Counted from the stretch's first letter, positions 9,923-17,729 are shown. The stretch: 36,899 nucleotides of DNA from a virus (IMGVR_UViG_3300024581_001758:1-36899), one strand, 5' to 3'. Notes: a model not told the origin generated them from the sequence alone. Numbers and translations are program-made.

Positions 9923-9951
9923 AGTATAGCACACTCGGACGTTCGTGTCAA
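9923..9951 (-). promoter_or_regulatory. Sigma70-type promoter for the capsid gene
   Basis: The minus strand reads TTGACA (9951-9946), a 17-nt spacer ending in TGc, then TATACT (9928-9923). A leader of about 90 nt follows before the ATG at 9830. Confidence 0.75.
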
Positions 9952-9961
9952 TACCCGCGTG

Positions 9962-10867
9962 TTACTGCGGCGGCTTTCGGCCATTTGAATACGCCATTAA
10001 CTGCACGACTTTCTTCTTAGCTGCTTCATGGCTCGGATGGCTCGGATTGAAGAACGGGTGTTCGCGGTTAGCGTAAATCTCGTCCACCATTTGGCGCGCT
10101 TCATCAGGAGTCATGGCGCGTGAATCGCCTTGGCTCGCCACCATTTCATTGCCTTCATTGCCGAGACGTTGGACCATAGAGTGCATCCATTTAGCCACGT
10201 CCGCGTCTAGCGCGCCCTCTTTGGCGGCTGCGACAATGGCCTCAGGAGCGCCTGTCTGTTCTGCTAAACGTGCGACTGTTTGGATGTTCTGCTCGAACGC
10301 CTGCCCCCACTCTTGGCGCAAAGCGGCAATGCTCTGCTCGTGGGCTTGTTTGGCCTGCTCCTGTGCCACAGTTTCTTGCTCCGCCATCTTGCTGACTAGG
10401 GACTTGAACTGAGTATTGGTCAGACCAGCTTCGTGGGCGTATTTGGTCAAATCACCTACTTGTTCCGCGTTGAGGCCCTCAGGCAATTGGTACTCAGCCG
10501 CGTCGGCTGGTCGGCCCAACTGCGACCAAAGTGCGTCCATCGCTGCTTGGTCATCCGCATCGGGGCGCGGAATCAAATCAGGCGCGTGCTTTTGGATTTT
10601 TTCGTAGAACGCCTTGCGGTCTTCTTCACCCGCCTCTTGGCTCGGCACACGGATTGAAGAGCCAATATATGATTGGGCGTCGGCCCACTGCTTGGCTAAG
10701 CCCGCAGCGTCCGAAATCCCTGCCTTTTCAAGCGAAGTGCGGACTTCTGGTTCGAAAGTATCGAGAAACGACGGTGTTGACACTTCACCGCCGCCACCGC
10801 CCGTTTGCTCTTCGCCACCTGCTTGGTCCATTAATCGTCTAAATAGTAGTGTTCGTGTGTTCATCAT
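9962..10867 (-). CDS. Scaffolding protein, 301 aa
   Basis: Acidic, Ala/Gln/Glu-rich helical protein located between the portal and the major capsid gene. Confidence 0.7.
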   Translation of the reverse strand: MMNTRTLLFRRLMDQAGGEEQTGGGGGEVSTPSFLDTFEPEVRTSLEKAGISDAAGLAKQWADAQSYIGSSIRVPSQEAGEEDRKAFYEKIQKHAPDLIPRPDADDQAAMDALWSQLGRPADAAEYQLPEGLNAEQVGDLTKYAHEAGLTNTQFKSLVSKMAEQETVAQEQAKQAHEQSIAALRQEWGQAFEQNIQTVARLAEQTGAPEAIVAAAKEGALDADVAKWMHSMVQRLGNEGNEMVASQGDSRAMTPDEARQMVDEIYANREHPFFNPSHPSHEAAKKKVVQLMAYSNGRKPPQ

Positions 10868-11087
10868 GTACCCTCATCATTTCTTTAATGTACTGTACCA
10901 CGTCCCGCCGCCCCGCGTTGTACGAGGTCCGATGTGGATTATCGCTAAAAATTGCCGTCGGCTCGAATTCATGCTCTAATGCAGCTAGGATTTCTTTGCC
11001 GTTCGGTGTGTTGAATAAGTCATGGAATTTGGCCGCTTTGGCCAACAAGTCCCGTTTCGCTTCTTCGACTTTAGACTGGTTACGCAT
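10839..11087 (-). CDS. Small conserved head-module protein, 82 aa (possibly Bbp19-like)
   Basis: LFNTPNGKEILAALEHEF...NPHRTSYNAGRRDVVQYIKEMM resembles a small protein family commonly found next to portal genes. The family assignment is from memory only. Confidence 0.5.
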   Translation of the reverse strand: MRNQSKVEEAKRDLLAKAAKFHDLFNTPNGKEILAALEHEFEPTAIFSDNPHRTSYNAGRRDVVQYIKEMMRVHDEHTNTTI

Positions 11088-12702
11088 CGCCGCCTCCCAT
11101 TGCCTGCTCGCCTTTGCCTACTGCCTGCGCTGCTTTGCCTTGTTCTTGGGCTAGTTGTGCCGCCTGCATCTGTGCCTGCTGCTGCGCGCGCGCTCGACGC
11201 ACGGCTTCGATTTGTTCTTTAGACTTGGTGTACTTAGCAGGGACGTTAAGCGTATCAGCCATGTCGCGCGCGATTTCATCTTCGTCGATGATGTCTAACG
11301 CTTCTGGTTTAATCTCAGCTAACGCACCTACTGTGCCTAACCAGCGCTCTACTGCGGCCGCTTGGTCCACACGCTGCGAACGCGCTAATGGCCCTGTATA
11401 GCGAATGTCCCAGCCCTCGCCGCTATCCGCTAACTTCTCAGGTAGTGGCATCAACTTGTCGTCGCGGAACAAGATATTAAACGTACGTTCAATCAACGGA
11501 CTTAAGAAGTCGTTCTCTAGTCGGCCAAGTGTCGGACCGAGCAAACGTTGCATCAATTCGTAACGTACCGATACCTCGGTCGCTGTCATTGCTGGGCTGT
11601 TTTTGAGTTCCAACTGGTCAACGAAGAACGCAGAGCGGATTGACTCGCGCAAGTCCGCGATGCTCATTTGCGTCACGTCGAACCGTGCTCTTGACTCGAA
11701 CGGCACTAAATCGTTGACGTCACGGACTACCGTTAAGCCGCCCGCACTTAAGTCTAGGTCACTCAATAGGCCACGCTCTGTGGTCAACGTCGCTGGGTCG
11801 ACTACTTTTTCAAGCGCGCGAATGAACATTTCATATAGCTCGTTTAGCGTCAGTACATCTGGGAGTGCAATCATCGACGGACTATTGCCGAACTTTGATT
11901 CGCTCGTCGAGCGCCAACGCGGCACGAATGCTGGCATTTCATAGTAGCCCTGCGGGTCGCCGATGTCTTCTGCGCGCTGCAATAAGATGTACTTCGCTTC
12001 GTACGGGCGATTTTCCGCAGCGACAGGGCCGTCATATTCGTATTTCGCACCTAAGTCACGCTTGGTGATGGCGTAGATGACTTCAATTCGCTCGGCATCG
12101 TTAGGCTTCTCGGCTTTTTCAACGATGTCCTCGGGGACGTTATCTTTGCCGAACTTCTCAACGATTTGGATTGGTGTATAACGGAATCGGCGATATAGGT
12201 TGCAAATGCCGCCTCGCGAGTCCATCTCGAAGTACGCTTCTTTGACTGGGATTGCCTTGAACACAATCTCACCATCGTCGATTTCCTCGACAATGATCGA
12301 AGTCCCGAAATGGACCAAATCCAAATAGCACTCGTTGGCCTCTAAGTTGAAATTAGACTGCTGCAGTGCGGTGAAGATACGGTTTTCGGTGTCCTCAAGC
12401 CACGCTTTGGCCTCTTTGTCCGAGTTTAGATTATCGTTGCGGAAACGTAGTGAGAACCATTTGTATGCTGGCGAGGTTAGCGAACCATGTAGCGATGAAG
12501 CTAAGGTGTTACTAGCTTTGATGGCCGTCGAGTCGTATAGCTCACGTGTTTTCCAATCAACGCTATCTTCGCCCGTGTTTTCGTCGAAGAACTCGCCACG
12601 GTATGGCGCAAAGAAGCGTTCAATTAGCTCCCACGTACTTTCGATGTTGTTGCGCTCACTGGCCAGTTTTCGGTATCGCCTCGCGATTTCTTTAGCGTCC
12701 AC
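11080..12702 (-). CDS. Portal (head-to-tail connector) protein, 540 aa
   Basis: N-terminus AKEIARRYRKLASERNNIESTWELIERFFAPYRGEFF is typical of T7-type portals. It lies directly downstream of terL. The GTG start follows a canonical AGGAGG Shine-Dalgarno sequence. Confidence 0.9.
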   Translation of the reverse strand: MDAKEIARRYRKLASERNNIESTWELIERFFAPYRGEFFDENTGEDSVDWKTRELYDSTAIKASNTLASSLHGSLTSPAYKWFSLRFRNDNLNSDKEAKAWLEDTENRIFTALQQSNFNLEANECYLDLVHFGTSIIVEEIDDGEIVFKAIPVKEAYFEMDSRGGICNLYRRFRYTPIQIVEKFGKDNVPEDIVEKAEKPNDAERIEVIYAITKRDLGAKYEYDGPVAAENRPYEAKYILLQRAEDIGDPQGYYEMPAFVPRWRSTSESKFGNSPSMIALPDVLTLNELYEMFIRALEKVVDPATLTTERGLLSDLDLSAGGLTVVRDVNDLVPFESRARFDVTQMSIADLRESIRSAFFVDQLELKNSPAMTATEVSVRYELMQRLLGPTLGRLENDFLSPLIERTFNILFRDDKLMPLPEKLADSGEGWDIRYTGPLARSQRVDQAAAVERWLGTVGALAEIKPEALDIIDEDEIARDMADTLNVPAKYTKSKEQIEAVRRARAQQQAQMQAAQLAQEQGKAAQAVGKGEQAMGGGDA

Positions 12703-14047
12703 GTCTTCCTCCTACTGCGCGCTTGACTTTATATCTACGCGCAACGTCAATTTTTGCTCCGCCTGACGAGTAACGGTCAACCCGCCACCCTACAGACAAG
12801 TATCTCATCGAATCCGCAATGTCCGATGCCCAATCGTGCAACGGCTTATCGCGGAATCTCTGCATTTTATCGTCGTACTCGCGTCTATACGAACGCAAGC
12901 CGTCTAGTAATTTGTCGCATTTAGCTTCGTTGATGCGGCATTTACGAAGCATCGCTCTGGTCGCTTCGATGCCGTCTTCGACACTCAGCTTGTCGATAAT
13001 CTCGACCTTGAGGCCTAAATTCTCGGCTATTTCGCGTCTCGTTTTGCCCGTCACCCAATCCGTGTTTTCGAAATCATGCGGACCCCAATGTTCGTCGAAT
13101 ATGTAGCCTGTTTCTTTAAGCGCACGGACGTAAAAGTCCAATGGTTTGTTGCGGTCTACTATATGGTCGATTACGATCGGGTTTCCGTCTTCTCCGCGTT
13201 GGGTGATTAGGATACTGGTTTGGTCTCGGTAGCCGATGTCCCAGAATGTTTGGCACGGCTTCATCGGGTCGTGAGGGAAATGGCCAATACGGCCCTCTTG
13301 GTTAGCTAGTTTGAGCTCGTTCGTGTAGAACGCACCCTCCATACCGCCGTCCCAAGAGCAATAGAATTCCTGCTGGATTTTCTCTTCTGAATAGCCAGCC
13401 GTTCGCTCCGCGTCGATTACGTCTGGCGCTACTATGTGGCGGCCGCGTTCATCAAAAGTATCGTCGACAGTAAGCAGAGAAGCAAACCAATCTTCACTTT
13501 TTTGGGCAGCGTCGAATAGCTTATAGCCATGGTTATTCCCACGTGGAGTATAAATAAACATAGCCCAACCGCCATTTTCGGCCAAAATTGGGCGGATGTA
13601 GTCCCATGCCATAGGGTCAGCAATGGAGTACTCAGACATAATAACACCGACAGGGTTAGCACCAACCAAGGCATCATAGTTATCACTTCCGACCACTTGC
13701 CAGATAGAGCCGTTCTTAAGCTTGATTTGCATTTCTGAGTCATTTTTACTCGCCCTTATTTCTGGCGGGAATGCTTGGTCAATCATGCGGCGGCCGAACT
13801 TGTCGATACCGTCCCAGATAACCTTGCGCCCCTGTTTCAGTGTAGGCAGCATGTGCCATATCGTGCCCACGCGCATTTGGCTAGCTACCGCCCCTAAGTT
13901 TAGGCAGCAGCTGTCTTTACCCGCACGTCGATGCCACACGCACGCTGCGCGTTTGCGGTCCAGTCCGCCCATGAACATGTAACGAAACAGGTCCTGTTGA
14001 TATGGGCGCGCGGCCCAATTGTTAGGGAGCGACAGCTCGTTGCTCAT
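12692..14047 (-). CDS. terL: Terminase large subunit, 451 aa
   Basis: ARPYQQDLFRYMF...AACVWHRRAGKDSCC is a Walker A-like ATPase segment. A nuclease half lies C-terminally. The gene sits immediately upstream of the portal gene. Confidence 0.9.
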   Translation of the reverse strand: MSNELSLPNNWAARPYQQDLFRYMFMGGLDRKRAACVWHRRAGKDSCCLNLGAVASQMRVGTIWHMLPTLKQGRKVIWDGIDKFGRRMIDQAFPPEIRASKNDSEMQIKLKNGSIWQVVGSDNYDALVGANPVGVIMSEYSIADPMAWDYIRPILAENGGWAMFIYTPRGNNHGYKLFDAAQKSEDWFASLLTVDDTFDERGRHIVAPDVIDAERTAGYSEEKIQQEFYCSWDGGMEGAFYTNELKLANQEGRIGHFPHDPMKPCQTFWDIGYRDQTSILITQRGEDGNPIVIDHIVDRNKPLDFYVRALKETGYIFDEHWGPHDFENTDWVTGKTRREIAENLGLKVEIIDKLSVEDGIEATRAMLRKCRINEAKCDKLLDGLRSYRREYDDKMQRFRDKPLHDWASDIADSMRYLSVGWRVDRYSSGGAKIDVARRYKVKRAVGGRRGR

Positions 14048-14493
14048 TTGCGCGCTCCCGTTAGCATCTGGGTGAAGAAGTAGAAGCCGAGGACAATCAT
14101 CATCGGTTCTTTTTGTTCTTTTACCATGGCCAATAAATCGTTCTGCAGACTGACCAATGGCTTAACTTTGATTTCGGCTAGGTTCTGAGAAGCGGCTACT
14201 TCCGCAAGGGTTTCGCCGTTTGTGGCCCAGAACACGTAAAAGGACTCGAATATGGCAGTGAAAGAGTATAGCGCGCCGTAGAACATCAGGCCGCCGACCA
14301 CTGCAAGGGCTATGACTCTACGTACGGTGGATTGGTGTTTAGTGTTCTTGATGTAATCCAACACCCAATCGAGTTTTTCTTTGGCCGTAACACCGTCAAC
14401 GCCTGCTACTTTTTCTACGATTTTCATCGCAGTGTCGCTTGCCTTGCTGCTACTGAACATGCCTAACAAAACAGTGCCTAGTTTAGCTAACAT
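14044..14493 (-). CDS. Membrane protein (2-3 predicted TM segments) between terS and terL; possible holin-like function
   Basis: Hydrophobic stretches VIALAVVGGLMFYGALYSFTAIF and PMMIVLGFYFFTQML. The ATG at 14493 is preferred because it follows GAGGGAGAGG. The track's TTG start at 14511 is the alternative. Confidence 0.55.
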   Translation of the reverse strand: MLAKLGTVLLGMFSSSKASDTAMKIVEKVAGVDGVTAKEKLDWVLDYIKNTKHQSTVRRVIALAVVGGLMFYGALYSFTAIFESFYVFWATNGETLAEVAASQNLAEIKVKPLVSLQNDLLAMVKEQKEPMMIVLGFYFFTQMLTGARK

Positions 14494-15019
14494 CTTTAGC
14501 CTCTCCCTCAATTGTCACCGCTTCGTCGATGCCTAAAGCGTCTAAGTTGATATTGATGTTTACGTTCGCGTTGCCAGTACCACCAGCGTAGAAGTTGGTT
14601 GATTTAGATAATTCGGTCAGGGCTCGGGTGGCTTCGCCAGCATGGAATTTATAGCCCTCCACTTGAATGCCGTCTTTGTCTACGCCCAGCATCACTTCTT
14701 CTTCGCCCATTAACTTAGGCAGGATTTTCATCCACTGCACGTTGATGAAATCTCTGGTGATTATTGAACGTTCGCCCATTACTTCTTGGACGTCGTTTAG
14801 GAAAGCGGCCACCAATGGGTCGCGCAGCAAACTAAGGCCTTGGGAGCGAGAGAAGCCCGCAGCCTTAGCCGCCGCACAGTGGTCGTAAGTCTCGATATAC
14901 GAATAGACGAACTTTTTGCGTTTAGGGTCTAAGCTGGCCCATTTGTCTTTACGCAGGGACTCCACTTGCTTGTTGGAGTCTAGCACCTGTTCGTCTATTT
15001 TCGATGTCAATTCGTTCAT
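14483..15019 (-). CDS. terS: Terminase small subunit, 178 aa
   Basis: KRKKFVYSYIETYDHCAAAKAAGFSRSQGLSLLRDPLVAAFL matches the HTH pattern of the Terminase_2-type small subunit. It lies at the head of the packaging operon. Confidence 0.8.
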   Translation of the reverse strand: MNELTSKIDEQVLDSNKQVESLRKDKWASLDPKRKKFVYSYIETYDHCAAAKAAGFSRSQGLSLLRDPLVAAFLNDVQEVMGERSIITRDFINVQWMKILPKLMGEEEVMLGVDKDGIQVEGYKFHAGEATRALTELSKSTNFYAGGTGNANVNININLDALGIDEAVTIEGEAKDVS

Positions 15020-15131
15020 AAGCCGCGTCTATAAGTCGTTGATTGAGTTCGAAAATTCGAACGTCCAAATCTTCGTCTGATTTGAGAGAGGCCCGTGTTA
15101 CTGGACCGATTTTTCTGTCCCATGGTTTCAT
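14949..15131 (-). CDS. Possible small leader gene, 60 aa (uncertain)
   Basis: The ATG at 15131 follows AGGGGG by 7 nt and is the first start after the late promoter. The ORF overlaps the terS start by 71 nt in another frame. Confidence 0.35.
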   Translation of the reverse strand: MKPWDRKIGPVTRASLKSDEDLDVRIFELNQRLIDAAYERIDIENRRTGARLQQASGVPA

Positions 15132-15150
15132 ACGTCACCCCCTAACCCAA

Positions 15151-15179
15151 AGTATAGCACAGCCGTGCGCGCGTGTCAA
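15151..15179 (-). promoter_or_regulatory. Sigma70-type promoter of the minus-strand packaging/structural unit
   Basis: The minus strand reads TTGACA (15179-15174), a 17-nt spacer ending in TGc, then TATACT (15156-15151). Confidence 0.75.
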
Positions 15180-15383
15180 CCCATGGATGAATCAGAGCTA
15201 AACCCCCGCGCGTGTACGTAAAAAGAGGAACAGGGGTGATGGCTGTCAATATATGTGAAATCCCCGATGGTCGGAGGGTCCGGAACGCGGTGGAAATAAA
15301 CCACGGGTCCCTCGCTCGCTCGGCCATGCACCCCCCTACCCCTATGTGCGCTCAAGCATACCCCCCTGCGCTCGCGTTGCGCG

Positions 15384-15529
15384 GCGCTCGGATGCCCGCT
15401 CACGTGTGGGCGTGTGGGCGCGGATGTGCGCGCGTACTCGGATGCGTGCTCGTGCGAACGGGCGTGCCCGCCCTCGCCCTCGGACGGGCGGATGGGGGCG
15501 CATGTACGTGGTCGCGCTCGGATGCCCGC
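15384..15529. repeat. G+C-rich non-coding repeat block
   Basis: An exact 16-nt direct repeat gcgctcggatgcccgc occurs at 15384-15399 and 15514-15529. CGGATG occurs five times (15389, 15421, 15439, 15489, 15519). A tandem cgtgtggg x2 sits at 15403-15418. In 15421-15480, 44 of 60 bases are G/C. Confidence 0.8.
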
Positions 15530-15620
15530 GGAGACGCTCCCGTGCGTTCGCAATCGCGCGTGTTTCGCGTCCCGTGTCACGGTGCGCGTTAGCGCGTAGC
15601 AATCCTCGTGCCAAACCGCC

Positions 15621-15659
15621 ATTCACGCCGCTTATTTTCGACATTCACGAGGCTTATTT
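15621..15659. repeat. Two 17-nt direct repeats ATTCACGnnGCTTATTT abutting the -35 element of the first plus-strand promoter
   Basis: The copies at 15621-15637 and 15643-15659 share 15 of 17 positions and are 22 nt apart. The second copy overlaps the TTGCAA -35 element by 2 nt. Confidence 0.7.
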
Positions 15660-15686
15660 GCAAGGCTGGGCTCGGGGTGCTAGACT
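15658..15686 (+). promoter_or_regulatory. Weaker sigma70-type promoter for the two small G+C-rich genes
   Basis: TTGCAA (15658-15663), a 17-nt spacer ending in TGc, then TAGACT (15681-15686). Confidence 0.5.
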
Positions 15687-15735
15687 TTAGGTATCGGGGC
15701 AATCCAGCCCTATTGAGCGACACAGGAGACGCACC

Positions 15736-15912
15736 ATGAACACACTGACACTAACGACGAGAGAAGCAGAGCTGCTACGAGAAGCGCTAAACAACGCGAT
15801 AGAAGCAGAGCACGACGCGGCTTGTGAATGCGAGCTGAGCGAAGAGGAGCGCAAGGCGGCAGAGCGCACAATGCTGGCGCTGGGCCTGATAGCAGAGCGA
15901 CTAGGAGAATAG
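15736..15912 (+). CDS. Small acidic hypothetical protein, 58 aa (below the ORF-track cutoff)
   Basis: An AGGAG sequence lies 7 nt upstream of the ATG. The translation is MNTLTLTTREAELLREALNNAIEAEHDAACECELSEEERKAAERTMLALGLIAERLGE, with a TAG stop at 15910-15912. Confidence 0.6.
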   Translation: MNTLTLTTREAELLREALNNAIEAEHDAACECELSEEERKAAERTMLALGLIAERLGE

Positions 15913-15914
15913 CC

Positions 15915-16211
15915 ATGACCGCACTATGGACCGTAATCGAGACCAATGCCGACTTTGGCGCACACGACGCTACGCCTTTCGCCAAGCTCTACCAGAGCAA
16001 GGAGGCCGCAATGGCCGCCATCCACGGGCAGCTGCTGCAGGTAGCGAAAGACGACTGGGACGGCCTTTGCCTAGCCGAGCATTTCGCCGACGTCCAAGAG
16101 GCCAGCGGCGCAGTTGAGGCGGTAGACCACGGGGATCGTGTGTTCGCCACCTGCGAGTGGTACGACGCACAGGCCCAATGGCTGATCGCAGAGCTGGAGG
16201 TGGCGGGCTGA
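15915..16211 (+). CDS. Hypothetical protein, 98 aa
   Basis: The internal ATG at 15915 (MTALWTVIETN...) is preferred over the track start at 15828 because AGGAG lies 7 nt upstream and the upstream extension is Arg/Gly/Ala-rich low-complexity sequence. Confidence 0.65.
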   Translation: MTALWTVIETNADFGAHDATPFAKLYQSKEAAMAAIHGQLLQVAKDDWDGLCLAEHFADVQEASGAVEAVDHGDRVFATCEWYDAQAQWLIAELEVAG

Positions 16212-16297
16212 TGGGCGGCCTACCGAGTATGCACAGAGCGTGCCAGATGTGCGCTCGGATTGTGACTCGATGGCCAGAGGGCACGCATAATAGGCCA

Positions 16298-16544
16298 TGG
16301 GCACGGCATGGGTACGAGGGGCACACCTCCAGAGGCCGCGTCGGACGCGGAGGGCACGAGGGCACGAGGGGAACGGGTTCGAGAGGGGTCGTCGGGACAT
16401 ACCCCCCCGAGGGGACTGTATCTCTTCCACCATCCCCCAATAAAAAAGAAAAGAAGTACCCCTCGTACCCATGGCTCTGGGCCGTGTCGGACGGGGGCTC
16501 TGGAGGCACCTCCACTCGTACCCATGGGTCGTACCCTCGTGCCC
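16298..16544. repeat. Imperfect palindrome of about 250 bp, studded with GGGYACGAGGG iteron-like repeats around an A-rich core
   Basis: Forward copies lie at 16310-16321, 16352-16362 and 16360-16371. Reverse copies lie at 16459-16470, 16515-16523 and 16534-16544. Perfectly complementary arm segments are 16307-16318/16515-16526 and 16326-16334/16498-16506. The A-rich tract ccaataaaaaagaaaagaag sits at 16437-16456. Confidence 0.8.
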
Positions 16545-16577
16545 ACACCAGAGCTGCAGGTTTAGGACATAAGCTAC

Positions 16578-16606
16578 TTGACACAGGTGTCTTAGTGTGC
16601 TATACT
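16578..16606 (+). promoter_or_regulatory. Sigma70-type promoter
   Basis: TTGACA (16578-16583), a 17-nt spacer ending in TGc, then TATACT (16601-16606). The ATG at 16634 follows a 27-nt leader. Confidence 0.8.
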
Positions 16607-16633
16607 TGAATTTTCAACAACGGAGCGAGAGCT

Positions 16634-17233
16634 ATGAACAACGAAGCAACAACCAACGAGAACAACCCTGAATCGATCATCGGCTTGCCGTGCGAGCACA
16701 ATGGCTTCCTGTGGACCGTGGCGGCACACGCAAAAGGCTGGTATACCCTGACATCATCGGATGGCCAAGAGGTGAAACGCCGTCGCAAGGATTTTGAGCT
16801 ACTGGAAGACGAGGACGAGGCAAACGCGTCGAAGCAGATGTCCGACACGCTCAAGAAGTACCGCGAAAAGTACGTGCCGTCACTGGCCCACAGCGGCAAA
16901 AAATCTCTGAATTGTGGCGACCGATTGGCGCAAGTGCTAGAGGGCATGTCCTACGAAGACGTCTTCGCACTGGCCGAGTATTGGTGCGAGCTAGCCTCGG
17001 GCAGCCTATGGGCGAAATACGCTCACCTAAAGAACGACGGAATGCGCCGCATGAATGCTGGTAATCGCCTGCGCAGATTGGTCCGCATTGGCCAAGAAGA
17101 AATCCCCGAAGATGGCGAGGACGGCTCAAAGGCTTACCAGTTCTGTGAGTGGCTGCAGGACGACGACGCAATCGCGGCCTCTAAAATCGAGGACGGCACG
17201 TTCTACCGCATTTACGAGGCGAACGAAGCATAG
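16634..17233 (+). CDS. Early hypothetical protein, 199 aa; paralogue of 20165..20692
   Basis: An AGCGAGAG box lies 2 nt upstream of the ATG. The protein shares the segment SG..S..GD.LA..LEG.S.E.V..LA...L.AKY.HL..GM.RMN.GNRLR with the 20165 gene. Confidence 0.8.
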   Translation: MNNEATTNENNPESIIGLPCEHNGFLWTVAAHAKGWYTLTSSDGQEVKRRRKDFELLEDEDEANASKQMSDTLKKYREKYVPSLAHSGKKSLNCGDRLAQVLEGMSYEDVFALAEYWCELASGSLWAKYAHLKNDGMRRMNAGNRLRRLVRIGQEEIPEDGEDGSKAYQFCEWLQDDDAIAASKIEDGTFYRIYEANEA

Positions 17234-17237
17234 CGAA

Positions 17238-17258
17238 ACGCCCAGACTTTTTGGGCGT
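17238..17258 (+). terminator. Hairpin after gene 16634..17233 (weak terminator candidate; no U-tract follows)
   Basis: ACGCCCA-gactttt-TGGGCGT has a 7-bp stem but is followed by ctgcgg rather than a T-run. Confidence 0.3.
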
Positions 17259-17359
17259 CTGCGGGACGTGGGCTACCCGCACTGATGAGCTAGCCCCCTG
17301 AGTCTAGGCTTTAGTCTAGCTAAGACTCTTTTGAATTTGAATTAGATAGCGAGAGAAAC

Positions 17360-17692
17360 ATGAAAGACATCACCACCAACGAGCGTTACGAAGCAGTAGC
17401 CGACTCAATCGAGCATTGGGACAATGGCCTATTGGCCGATGACCCGAGTTACAGCCTCCCACTGGAAAACCGCGCTTGTGAGCTAGCGCTACTAGCGACC
17501 GACAACGTACGAGTCCGCTGGGCTAGGCAGCTGGGCTTCGGCAGGGGCATGTTAATGGCCGAATTGGCGCACCACATCGCAGCCCACACTATCACCATCG
17601 CAATCGACCGCCGTTTAGACGGTGCGGGAGCGTGGCAGCTAGTCATCAGTGGCTATATCAGCGCGCTCAGCGAGAGCGGACGTGCGGCCTAA
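17360..17692 (+). CDS. Early hypothetical protein, 110 aa
   Basis: An AGCGAGAG box at 17348-17355 lies 4 nt upstream of the ATG. No recognisable domain. Confidence 0.75.
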   Translation: MKDITTNERYEAVADSIEHWDNGLLADDPSYSLPLENRACELALLATDNVRVRWARQLGFGRGMLMAELAHHIAAHTITIAIDRRLDGAGAWQLVISGYISALSESGRAA

Positions 17693-17729
17693 ACAGCCGC
17701 GTATTTAGGTCTAAACATAGGAGAAACAC

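Noticed and set aside
15142-15690. Multiple overlapping 60-148-aa ORFs on both strands in the left G+C-rich block (for example 15176..15622 on the minus strand and 15346..15690 on the plus strand)
   Set aside because: They are open in nearly all frames at once, Arg/Ala/Pro/Gly-rich and low-complexity. They lack ribosome-binding sites and coincide with short DNA repeats. This is the pattern expected from high G+C non-coding DNA.
16371-16392. tRNA T-loop-like GGTTCGAG inside the palindrome
   Set aside because: The flanking bases cannot form a T-stem or the remaining cloverleaf arms. No tRNA could be folded by eye anywhere in the window.
15970-16609. ORFs of 85-204 aa on both strands across the iteron/palindrome region
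   Set aside because: They have the same all-frames-open, Pro/Arg/Gly-rich character. They mirror each other because of the inverted repeat, and there are no plausible start contexts.
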